A stretch of 64,000 bases of DNA from assembly GCA_947625625.1 (NCBI GenBank), contig CANQPC010000002.1, positions 2,893 to 66,892 of the forward strand, read 5' to 3'. Source of the stretch: an uncultured Bacilli bacterium (lineage in GTDB: Bacteria > Bacillota_I > Bacilli_A > RF39 > UBA660). Position numbers and translations under genes: made by a program. The notes under the pieces are model-generated. The model worked only from the letters and a program-made list of their open reading frames with translations. It did not search any database and was not told where the DNA came from. Below are positions 38,019 to 51,000 of the stretch, one piece after another (position 1 is the first letter of the stretch; every line of letters starts with the position of its first letter).

Positions 38019-38805
38019 TTTCTTCCTCCTGATATGCCATCTTTTTAAAATTATCAACTGTCTTAGCAACCAGTTTATTTTTCTTTTCTTTTCTCATCAT
38101 ATTTAATTCTTCTTCTTCAATTTCTTTTATTTTATCTAAAGCTTCGGTCGTAATTTGATTTCGAAGAACATTTTCTGCTGCTCGCGAAAAACATTCACAC
38201 ATTCGAAGCTGATACAAAATATAGAAAGAAAGTAAACTATGTAGCATACTAGTAATATCGGTCTCAATTACAAAATCATTTTTTTCGTCATATTCTCCAT
38301 CAAATTCTACTGGAAATAATTCTAATTTTCTAAATTCAAAAGAAGTACTTGAATTATAATGATTATAATATAAATTAATCGAACTATACGTAGAATTTCT
38401 TATTGCATCATCAATAGCTTTTTCTATCTTGGAGAATTCTTTATAAAAGTTATCTTTATCAATCTTAAGAATTACTTTATCATCAGTATATACAACTTTC
38501 TTTCCGATAATTATCTTATAATCATCTTTATCTTTCTTAATTTCTCTCGTTACCTGAGCATTAAAGTTTCCACAGAAACCGTAATCATTGGCAATATATA
38601 TATTAAGTCTAGCCATATTAGGGTCTGGTAAAATAACTTTTTTATCTAATAATAAATTTTTATTATAAATGATTGTCTTGATAATCTTTGTTATTTCTTC
38701 ACCGACATTTCGATAGTTTTCAGCTTCTCTTTTGGAAGCATCAACTCTAAGTAGAGAGTGGAAATTCATTACTTCAACAACACTTTTAATTCTCATTATT
38801 ACCAC
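38011..38805 (-). CDS. F1 ATPase gamma-subunit-like protein
   Basis: 264 aa with an N-terminal helix (IKSVVEVMNFHSLLRVDASKREAE), the central motif NDYGFCGNFN (compare DRGLCGGFN in canonical gamma), and a C-terminal long helix (ECFSRAAENVLRNQITTEALDKI, compare E..ARM.AM..AT.NA). Confidence 0.65.
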   Translation of the reverse strand: MVIMRIKSVVEVMNFHSLLRVDASKREAENYRNVGEEITKIIKTIIYNKNLLLDKKVILPDPNMARLNIYIANDYGFCGNFNAQVTREIKKDKDDYKIIIGKKVVYTDDKVILKIDKDNFYKEFSKIEKAIDDAIRNSTYSSINLYYNHYNSSTSFEFRKLELFPVEFDGEYDEKNDFVIETDITSMLHSLLSFYILYQLRMCECFSRAAENVLRNQITTEALDKIKEIEEEELNMMRKEKKNKLVAKTVDNFKKMAYQEEENG

Positions 38806-39301
38806 CCTTTCTTATATATTTATTTGCCGTGACAGCACTCTTAATATTCTTGAGAAGATTATAAGTTAAATACAAAAAGACAAATATCATAACAAATACT
38901 AAAAGAAGTAACATCCATACCGACATATATTCATTAGTTATATAATCATGTATTAAATAGATAATTTTTATACCTCCGAGAGATATTAAAGCTAAAAATA
39001 AATTAACGAGAAACCATTTATTTTTAATTAAAATATCGGAAAGTAATGTCAGTAATAAGACCATTCCTATTATATATATATCAATATCAACAAAGAAAGC
39101 TATTAAATAAATCATAAATATATAATTGATAATTGAAGAAGATATACTTACAATCTCACTATTTGTCATACCTTGCATCAATCCATATAATCTTACTTTT
39201 GACTTTTCGGGATTAAATTTTTTTATCAATAATTTTAAAATAATATATATTATTATTATTACAATTAAGGCTGAAATAGTAAAATAAAATACATCATTCA
39301 T
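38786..39301 (-). CDS. Polytopic (about 5 TM) membrane protein of the F1-like ATPase cluster (orphan)
   Basis: 171 aa and almost entirely hydrophobic, with acidic residues inside predicted helices (FFVDIDIYII, LLSDILI). It has neither the length nor the conserved Arg-containing helix of an a-subunit. Confidence 0.55.
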   Translation of the reverse strand: MNDVFYFTISALIVIIIIYIILKLLIKKFNPEKSKVRLYGLMQGMTNSEIVSISSSIINYIFMIYLIAFFVDIDIYIIGMVLLLTLLSDILIKNKWFLVNLFLALISLGGIKIIYLIHDYITNEYMSVWMLLLLVFVMIFVFLYLTYNLLKNIKSAVTANKYIRKGGNNEN

Positions 39302-39303
39302 AA

Positions 39304-42212
<2,909 letters not shown>

Positions 42213-42213
42213 A

Positions 42214-43973
<1,760 letters not shown>

Positions 43974-43996
43974 GTTCCCACTTTCCTACTATATCA

Positions 43997-44025
43997 AGTA
44001 TACCATTTTCAAAAATAGAAGTCAA
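43997..44025 (-). promoter_or_regulatory. Sigma-A-type promoter for the F1-like ATPase cluster
   Basis: On the minus strand, TTGACT is followed by 17 nt and then TATACT, about 20 nt upstream of the GGAAAGTGGG RBS and ATG of the 43973 gene. Confidence 0.6.
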
Positions 44026-44029
44026 TTAC

Positions 44030-44067
44030 TTTTTCAAAAAAGAAAAGATAGAGATTAGACTCTATCT
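44030..44067 (-). terminator. Rho-independent terminator after the 44087..45265 gene
   Basis: AGATAGAG-tctaat-CTCTATCT hairpin followed by TTTCTTTTTT on the minus strand. Confidence 0.7.
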
Positions 44068-44086
44068 AAATTACTTAAATATCATA

Positions 44087-45265
44087 TTATTTTTTTAATT
44101 TCTCAATACAAGCTTCTACCCCTACTTGCTTATCGATACAATTTTCTATTCCCTCGATCATTTCAGAAGAAGCGTTTTCCAAGCAGTCAGTAAAATTAAC
44201 TCCCCCAGTCAAATCTCCTAAATTTACAATAACTATCTCGACAATCCAACGTACTGCAAATACAAGTACTGCTGATAATATTCTTTTCAAGAATAATTTA
44301 AGATTTTTTTTCTGTGCCATATCATCATTTGAAACAACTGACTTTGAAAAATCGATCATTCCAAATATTATTAGTCCTATAGGAATTACTATAACTACAA
44401 TATTTAAAATAAGTTTCGCAAAATAAATAACTTTAAGTATATCAGGATTTAAACAGGCACTTACAATTACAGAATTACCATGAATTTCATTATTATTACC
44501 ACTATTACCACTATTGCCATTATCGCCGGTATTACCATTATTACCAGTATTACCATTATTACCGGTATTACCATTATTACCAGTATTTCCACCTGGTTTT
44601 TCTTCTTGAATACCCGAAACTAAATCACAGACATTATTCGAATAATATTTTCCATAATCAGAATAATTTTCAAGTTCCAAGCTATCAGCTAAATTCTTAA
44701 AATAACTAGCAGAAGTATTATTTAATTTATTTCCAAAAATATCCATATCACTGATACTTTCATATTTCGAATAACCAAAGTATACATCGTAAGCATCCAT
44801 CTGAGTCTCAAAATGTATCCACTCAGCTCCATTAGAAGCATTTAATATATCTCTAGAACATTGAAATACAATATTTTTAGGAATACTAAACTTACCACTT
44901 AATACGAGAGCAGCAATATACATCATTTCTCCCCTTTTGTTATTGCTTGCATTAATCGTACTTTCGAGACTTTTATCTCTATATGTACTATAACCTTGAT
45001 AAGTATTATCACTAATATGTTTTATTTTATCGAGCCAAGTAGAATAATTACTATTTTTAACATTATTTAAAATAATATTAGCGGTCGTAAGTCTTACAAA
45101 AAAGTTTGCATCTTCCGCATAATAATCAAGAGCACCAGTTTCTTTATAAACAATTTTAGCAATTTCTTTAACTGTATTAATTTCACAAGCACCTTCCGCT
45201 TTGACTACCCTTATTCCTCCACAAAAAAGAAAAATTCCCAGTAATAATATAACTATTTTCTTCAT
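44087..45265 (-). CDS. Secreted/membrane mosaic protein: SleB/CwlJ-like cell-wall-hydrolase-like domain, Gly/Asn repeat, 3 TM helices, Cys-containing tail
   Basis: Signal peptide, then EIAKIVYKETGALD...RLTTANIILNNVKN (resembles the Hydrolase_2 pattern A..V..E........A.VI.NRV). This is followed by GNTGNNGNTGNNGNTGNNGNTGDNGNSGNSGNNN, three hydrophobic helices, and a C-terminal CLENASSEMIEGIENCIDKQVGVEACIEKLKK. Confidence 0.5.
   Translation of the reverse strand: MKKIVILLLGIFLFCGGIRVVKAEGACEINTVKEIAKIVYKETGALDYYAEDANFFVRLTTANIILNNVKNSNYSTWLDKIKHISDNTYQGYSTYRDKSLESTINASNNKRGEMMYIAALVLSGKFSIPKNIVFQCSRDILNASNGAEWIHFETQMDAYDVYFGYSKYESISDMDIFGNKLNNTSASYFKNLADSLELENYSDYGKYYSNNVCDLVSGIQEEKPGGNTGNNGNTGNNGNTGNNGNTGDNGNSGNSGNNNEIHGNSVIVSACLNPDILKVIYFAKLILNIVVIVIPIGLIIFGMIDFSKSVVSNDDMAQKKNLKLFLKRILSAVLVFAVRWIVEIVIVNLGDLTGGVNFTDCLENASSEMIEGIENCIDKQVGVEACIEKLKK
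44494..44590 (-). repeat. In-frame short tandem repeat encoding the (G-N-x) tract
   Basis: ATTACCATTATTACCAGT and ATTACCATTATTACCGGT units are repeated head to tail on the plus strand. Confidence 0.8.
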
Positions 45266-45344
45266 CTTAAATCACCTATATAGTATAACTAAATTCTATC
45301 ATACTATAATTTAAAAATCAAGATAAAGAAAAATAGTATTTCTA

Positions 45345-47378
45345 CTATCTTTCATAATCACAATTCATACATTTTATTTTGTCTTTCTTTTCTGTAAGTG
45401 TTCCTCCACACTTCGGACATTTTTCTTCTACTGGCTTATCCCAAGATGCAAAATCACATTTTGGGTAGTTAGAGCAACCATAAAATATTTTACCTTTTCG
45501 CGTTTTTCGTTCGATTATTTTTCCATCACATTTAGGGCAATCGATAATTGCTTTAACTTCCTTTTCTTCTTTTTCATTTTTAATATATTTACAAGTAGGA
45601 TAATTAGAACAAGCGACAAATTTTCCATATTTACTCTGTTTAATTACCAAAGGACTATTGCAATTAGGACAAAGTTCTCCTGTCTCTTCGGGAGCTTTTT
45701 TCTCCATCTCTTTAAAGGCAACCTCTACTTTAGGTTCGAAATCTTTATAGAAAATACTAAGTAATTTATTCCATTCTAAATTGCCATCCGCTATCTTATC
45801 TAAATCATCTTCCATATTCTTCGTATATTCAACATTAATAATATCTTTAAAAAATTCTTGTAATTTATCAGTCGTTTCAATACCAATTTCTGTCGGAACA
45901 AACTTCTTTTCTACTAGTTTTACATATCCTCTCTCTTCGATTGTATCGATCGTCTTAGCATAAGTAGAAGGTCTTCCAATTCCAAGTTCTTCCATCTCTT
46001 TAATAAGTTTACTCTCCGTATACCTCGAAGGTGGTTTAGTCGTATGGGAAGAATATTCAATATTATTTGCGGCGATAACTTTACTATTATAACTATCAAA
46101 ATCTGGCAAAATAATATCTTGCGTATCTTCATATTCACTATAAACTTTTAAATAGCCATCAAAAACTACTATCTGACCGCTAACTTTAAATTGATAATTA
46201 TTATTATCTAGTGTTACTGCGGTCGTAAGGACTTTAGCATCCTTCATGAGGGAAGCAAGAGCACGATAATAAATAAGTCTATAAAGTTTATATTCGTCGT
46301 TGGTTAAATACTCTTTTATCTCTTCAGGATTACGGTATATTGATGTTGGTCTAATAGCTTCGTGAGCATCCTGAACGTTCTCTGTTTTATTACTCTTTTT
46401 TACATAGCCAACATATTCACTGCCAAATTTATTTTTAATATAACCATAAGTTTCTTTAACAAACTCATCTGATAATCTAACTGAATCAGTTCGCATATAG
46501 GAAATAAGTCCGACAGTTTCATCTTTTAAACTGATACCTTCATATAACTTTTGAGCTATCATCATTGTCTTCTTCGAAGTGAAACCAAGTTTAGTCGAAG
46601 CTTCTTGCTGAAGGGTACTAGTTATAAAAGGAAACTTACTCTTTTTAGCTTTTTCTTTCTTATCGATCGATTCAATTGTAAAAGCTTTCGATAACTCATT
46701 CAAAATCTCTTTAGCGCGCGATTCTTCTTTTATTTCTATCTTTTTGTGATTATACATCTCTAATTTAGCACTAAAATCATTAAAATAAGCATCTATCTCA
46801 AAATATTCTTCGGGAATAAAAGCTTCGATTTCTCTTTCTCTATCGACAATGAGCTTAAGAGCAACCGATTGAACTCGGCCAGCAGATTTTCCTCCCGTTT
46901 TAGATTGCATAAGTTTACTTAATCTGAAACCAATTATTCTATCTAATATTCTTCTCGTCTCTTGTGATTTAACTAAATTATCATCAATTTTTCGGGCATT
47001 GTTAAAAGAATTTAAGACAGCATTCTTCGTTATTTCATTAAAGACGATACGATCATAGTTATTCTCTTTTAATCCTAGAGTATCGTACAAATGCCAAGAT
47101 ATTGCTTCTCCCTCTCGATCAGGGTCGGTTGCTAAATATACAAAAGTAGCATCTTCGATATCTTTCTTTAATTCTTTTACTAGCTTACTTTTTCCCTTAA
47201 TTATTTTATAATCAGGTTTAAAATCATTTTCGATATCAACTCCAAAGCCATATTTACCAGAAGTCGATAAATCTCTTATATGTCCCAAGGAAGAAACTAC
47301 TTTATAGTCTTTTCCTAAATATTTTTCTATCGTTTTACTTTTATGTGGAGATTCCACTATTACTAATTTTTTTCCCAC
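45345..47378 (-). CDS. topA: DNA topoisomerase I
   Basis: The Toprim start is KKLVIVESPHKSKTIEKYLG, followed by the catalytic region and four C-terminal Cys4 zinc ribbons (CPNC...C..C, CPKC...C..C). I place the start at the GTG after AAAGGAAAGAG. The upstream ATG at 47432 used by the track lies inside a TTGCAT/TATAAT promoter-like sequence. Confidence 0.95.
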   Translation of the reverse strand: MGKKLVIVESPHKSKTIEKYLGKDYKVVSSLGHIRDLSTSGKYGFGVDIENDFKPDYKIIKGKSKLVKELKKDIEDATFVYLATDPDREGEAISWHLYDTLGLKENNYDRIVFNEITKNAVLNSFNNARKIDDNLVKSQETRRILDRIIGFRLSKLMQSKTGGKSAGRVQSVALKLIVDREREIEAFIPEEYFEIDAYFNDFSAKLEMYNHKKIEIKEESRAKEILNELSKAFTIESIDKKEKAKKSKFPFITSTLQQEASTKLGFTSKKTMMIAQKLYEGISLKDETVGLISYMRTDSVRLSDEFVKETYGYIKNKFGSEYVGYVKKSNKTENVQDAHEAIRPTSIYRNPEEIKEYLTNDEYKLYRLIYYRALASLMKDAKVLTTAVTLDNNNYQFKVSGQIVVFDGYLKVYSEYEDTQDIILPDFDSYNSKVIAANNIEYSSHTTKPPSRYTESKLIKEMEELGIGRPSTYAKTIDTIEERGYVKLVEKKFVPTEIGIETTDKLQEFFKDIINVEYTKNMEDDLDKIADGNLEWNKLLSIFYKDFEPKVEVAFKEMEKKAPEETGELCPNCNSPLVIKQSKYGKFVACSNYPTCKYIKNEKEEKEVKAIIDCPKCDGKIIERKTRKGKIFYGCSNYPKCDFASWDKPVEEKCPKCGGTLTEKKDKIKCMNCDYER

Positions 47379-47453
47379 AATAATCTCTTTCCTTTCTGTA
47401 ACATTATATAATAATCTTTTAATAAAATGCAAGTCTTTTTTCTTAAATATATA

Positions 47454-47482
47454 TAAAAAAGGCCCTCCTATAAAGGAAAGCC
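47454..47482 (-). terminator. Terminator downstream of comEC
   Basis: GGCTTTCC-tttata-GGAGGGCC stem (with two G-U pairs) followed by T6-7 on the minus strand. Confidence 0.6.
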
Positions 47483-47608
47483 ATTTTATATATAAACATA
47501 AGTAGGAACTTATGACAATATATATTATGCTCTCATTTCCAAAATAGTGTATAATTTTTACCCATATTTAAAATAATTAAATTCTATATACATTAATTTT
47601 TTTATAGA

Positions 47609-49639
47609 CTATGAATCATCTAGTAAAATTCGGCAAACTTTTTTATTTAAGATAATTTCTATTGTTCCATCTCTATCTGTCCTATATATTATCGAACTAT
47701 CTAGATTATTTAATACTTCTTTATCAGGATGTCCGTAAGAATTATTAAGTCCAACAGAAATAAGAGCAACCCTGGGAGTAATTTTCTCAATAAAATCTTT
47801 ACTACTACTAGTCGAAGAACCATGGTGTCCTACTTTTAAAAAAGATATATCATGAATATTGTATTTTTCAAGTAAATAGTCTTCCGTATTAAAAGAAGCA
47901 TCACCCATTAATAGGAATCTATATTTATAATATTCAAAATAAATAACTATACTATTATCGTTTTCATTAGCAAATATTTTATCATTTAAAAAATACATCT
48001 TATAACCGTCGATATCGATACTATCCCTAGCGGTAATACTATCTTTTTTAAAATTATCAATTAATTTTTTTTCGAAGTCATTAATTTTTCCTCTATTTAA
48101 GATAATATTATCTACTTTATAATTGGAGATAATCTTCAAAGCTCCGCCAATATGGTCTTCATCACCATGAGTGATAATTAGATAATCTATTTTTTTTATT
48201 CCTCTACTTTTTAGATAAGGAATTATACCATTTTCGACCGAAGAGCCATAACCAGTATCAATTAAGATATTACCTCTATTATTTGGCAGGCTTACAAGTA
48301 GGGAATCTCCCTGCCCGACATCAAAGACAGTAAGTTTAAAATTATTATCAAAGTAAGGACTAATATAATGAATAAAAACTATTCCAAGTAATAAATAAAA
48401 GTACTCTTTCTTCTTTCTTACAAGCAATAGAGTAATAACTCCATAATAAATAATAATAATTAATCCATTTACTTTAGCTAAATTAATGGTTAAAAAAGTT
48501 ATCTTTTCAAAAAATAATGATATATTCTCTAAAAGATTTATTACCCCAAATAATATTTCATCAAAAATAGGAAATATTAAAGTTAAAATACTGAGGGGAA
48601 GTAATACGATACTAAATATAGGTACTAATATTATATTGAGTAAGATACTGATTAAATTGACTTCATAATTAGTAAAGATAGCCAAAGGAAACGACACTAA
48701 AAAAGATATTACCGCTACTTCGATAATCTTTTTAATCTTTCTTCCTTTTTTGGAACTAAACATAATGAGAAAAAAAGATATTAAATATGAATAAATAAAA
48801 GATATATCGTAAATGATAAAGGGATCAACTATAATTCCTATAATAAGAGTAAGTAATAAAAGATCAATCCTTTTAATCTTCAGCTTAAAAAGAGAATTAA
48901 TACTAAAAAGAATATTCATAATTACCGAGCGAAGAAGGGAATAAGAAAAAGCTATTTTTAAATAAAATAATAGAAAGATATCGACAATTATATATTTGAT
49001 TTTTTTACAGTAAGTAATTTTATCTAGATAGAAATAAATAATACCTATAAAAAAGCTAATATGTAATCCTGATACTGAAAATAAATGTGATATACCATTC
49101 TTTCGATAGCTATTCATAATATCTTCATCAATTGTTTTATCTGAAAGAAGAAGTGTTCTTATATATGATGAAGATTTTAAGTTCTCTATTCTTTCGCTTA
49201 AAATATTTTTAACAGTATAAATATAATTACTATTATTTTCTATTTTATTAATACTAGTAGCCCTGATGATATAATATATTTTTTTATTATATAAGTATTT
49301 CTTATAATCGAAAGCATTAGGTATTCTAGTTTTCGAAGCTTCTTCTAAATAACCTTTTACTAGTACTCTATCACCATAAGATAAACTATTAATTTCTAAA
49401 TTATTATCTTTATAAGTTACAAGTAATTTTTCTTTTCCCTTTATATATAAAGTTAATTTATCTTCTTCAATCTTTTTATCATAGATAGTTCCTTCAAAGA
49501 CAGTATCATCTTTATTATAGACAGATGTAAATTTTCCATATTTTGTATATAATGTAGCGACTAAAATAACTAAAACTACCAGTATTTTAAAAATATATCT
49601 AGACTGTAATATATGCCTTAATTTTTTCAAATAAAGCAT
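47609..49639 (-). CDS. comEC: DNA internalization competence protein ComEC/Rec2
   Basis: A polytopic N-terminal competence domain is followed by a C-terminal metallo-beta-lactamase domain (DVGQGDS, ITHGDEDHIGG, KVGHHGS). Confidence 0.85.
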   Translation of the reverse strand: MLYLKKLRHILQSRYIFKILVVLVILVATLYTKYGKFTSVYNKDDTVFEGTIYDKKIEEDKLTLYIKGKEKLLVTYKDNNLEINSLSYGDRVLVKGYLEEASKTRIPNAFDYKKYLYNKKIYYIIRATSINKIENNSNYIYTVKNILSERIENLKSSSYIRTLLLSDKTIDEDIMNSYRKNGISHLFSVSGLHISFFIGIIYFYLDKITYCKKIKYIIVDIFLLFYLKIAFSYSLLRSVIMNILFSINSLFKLKIKRIDLLLLTLIIGIIVDPFIIYDISFIYSYLISFFLIMFSSKKGRKIKKIIEVAVISFLVSFPLAIFTNYEVNLISILLNIILVPIFSIVLLPLSILTLIFPIFDEILFGVINLLENISLFFEKITFLTINLAKVNGLIIIIYYGVITLLLVRKKKEYFYLLLGIVFIHYISPYFDNNFKLTVFDVGQGDSLLVSLPNNRGNILIDTGYGSSVENGIIPYLKSRGIKKIDYLIITHGDEDHIGGALKIISNYKVDNIILNRGKINDFEKKLIDNFKKDSITARDSIDIDGYKMYFLNDKIFANENDNSIVIYFEYYKYRFLLMGDASFNTEDYLLEKYNIHDISFLKVGHHGSSTSSSKDFIEKITPRVALISVGLNNSYGHPDKEVLNNLDSSIIYRTDRDGTIEIILNKKVCRILLDDS

Positions 49640-50264
49640 CTCCTATTCCTGATACATTCTTTATATCATCAATAGTTTTAAAATTACCATTTTTTTCTCG
49701 ATAATCAATAATAGCTTTGGCTTTGGCTTCTCCTATTCCATCTACTTTCGTAAGTTCACTTTCGATAGCGGTATTTATATTAACTTTTTCTTCTCTTTCC
49801 CTATCGTCATCTTTTGCTTCTACTAAGGCATCATTTTTAGGTACAATATCACGGCAGTTACATAATTCTTCTAGATATTTTTCTCTTGCCTCTTCACTCG
49901 AATAGACGACAATTGTCATTTCATCAGCGACTATTTTGGCTAAGTTAATTAAACTGGTATCAGCACCCGAAAGTAATCCTCCGGCAAGCTCAATAACATC
50001 AGATACTCTTGCCTTACTATCTACTTCATATACTCCCGGATTTACTACCATGCCTTTAATATCGACATATACCTTCGTACTAATTTCTTTGTCAGCTATA
50101 TCTTCTTCTTCGGAGGCACTATCATCTTCTTTAAAAATATCGACTACTTCACTATTGGCACTCTGATTATTTTTATATAGAACAAATACTACTCCGAAGA
50201 GAACTACCGAGATGCCTCCTAAAATTAAAATTAATTTTTTCAAATATCTCCTTTCCTTCTCCAT
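49599..50264 (-). CDS. comEA: Competence protein ComEA (DNA receptor)
   Basis: N-terminal anchor, SLBB-like region (GMVVNPGVYEV), and a C-terminal tandem helix-hairpin-helix (INTAIESELTKVDGIGEAKAKAIIDYREKNGNFKTIDDIKNVSGIG). Confidence 0.85.
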   Translation of the reverse strand: MEKERRYLKKLILILGGISVVLFGVVFVLYKNNQSANSEVVDIFKEDDSASEEEDIADKEISTKVYVDIKGMVVNPGVYEVDSKARVSDVIELAGGLLSGADTSLINLAKIVADEMTIVVYSSEEAREKYLEELCNCRDIVPKNDALVEAKDDDREREEKVNINTAIESELTKVDGIGEAKAKAIIDYREKNGNFKTIDDIKNVSGIGDALFEKIKAYITV

Positions 50265-50372
50265 CTTATAAATATTTATTATAGTCCTTATTTGCTTTTA
50301 GTCAATAGGAAAAAATAAATCTCTATATTGTTATTCCTTCTTCAATATAGTATAATTCTAGTAGGTGATGCA

Positions 50373-50948
50373 ATGCTAAGTATTAAAACTAGTCAAAAAT
50401 ATGAAGAAACAGTAAAAAACTCTAAATTTATTGCTCTTATCTTTAGAGTTCAAAATATAGATGATATAAATAATTATCTAGAAAAAGTAAAAGGTCAATA
50501 CCCGAATGCCACTCACTACTGCTATGGTTATATTATCGATAATATCGAGAGATTTTCTGATGATAAAGAACCCGCTAAGACAGCGGGATTACCTATTTTA
50601 AATCAAATTAAGTCACATAAACTAAATTATACTTTAATAATCGTCGTAAGATATTTTGGAGGTATAAAATTAGGAACCGGATTACTTACTAGAACTTATA
50701 GTAAATTAGCTAAGGAAGTAATTAAAGAAGATAATATTATTTCTCTCGCGGAAGGATTAGACATCAGCATAAGTTTTAACTATAATGATATCAAAGATGT
50801 CGATCATATACTAAGTAGTAGTAAAATAATAAGTAAAGATTTTAATGATAGAATAACATACCGAGCATATGTCGAAGATAATACTTTAAATAAATTATCT
50901 AAATATGATATACAAATAAATAATAAAATATATATCGAAAAGGAATAA
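50373..50948 (+). CDS. IMPACT/YigZ-family protein
   Basis: KNSKFIALIF...ATHYCYGYII...SDDKEPAKTAGLPIL matches the UPF0029 pattern. The ATG follows AGGTGA and a TATAAT box; the track ORF begins at 50328. Confidence 0.75.
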   Translation: MLSIKTSQKYEETVKNSKFIALIFRVQNIDDINNYLEKVKGQYPNATHYCYGYIIDNIERFSDDKEPAKTAGLPILNQIKSHKLNYTLIIVVRYFGGIKLGTGLLTRTYSKLAKEVIKEDNIISLAEGLDISISFNYNDIKDVDHILSSSKIISKDFNDRITYRAYVEDNTLNKLSKYDIQINNKIYIEKE

Positions 50949-51000
50949 GTAAACTATTAAAATAAAAGTAAAAATACCTACAAAATAGTAGATATTTTTA

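Noticed and set aside
44494-44590. Possible CRISPR-like or non-coding VNTR repeat
   Set aside because: The repeats are 18-nt direct units without spacers. They lie in frame inside a long ORF and encode a Gly/Asn tract.
45920-46138. 72-aa same-strand alternative-frame ORF inside topA (and the antisense ORF 45781..45963)
   Set aside because: It is embedded in the highly conserved topoisomerase I reading frame. There is no independent support.
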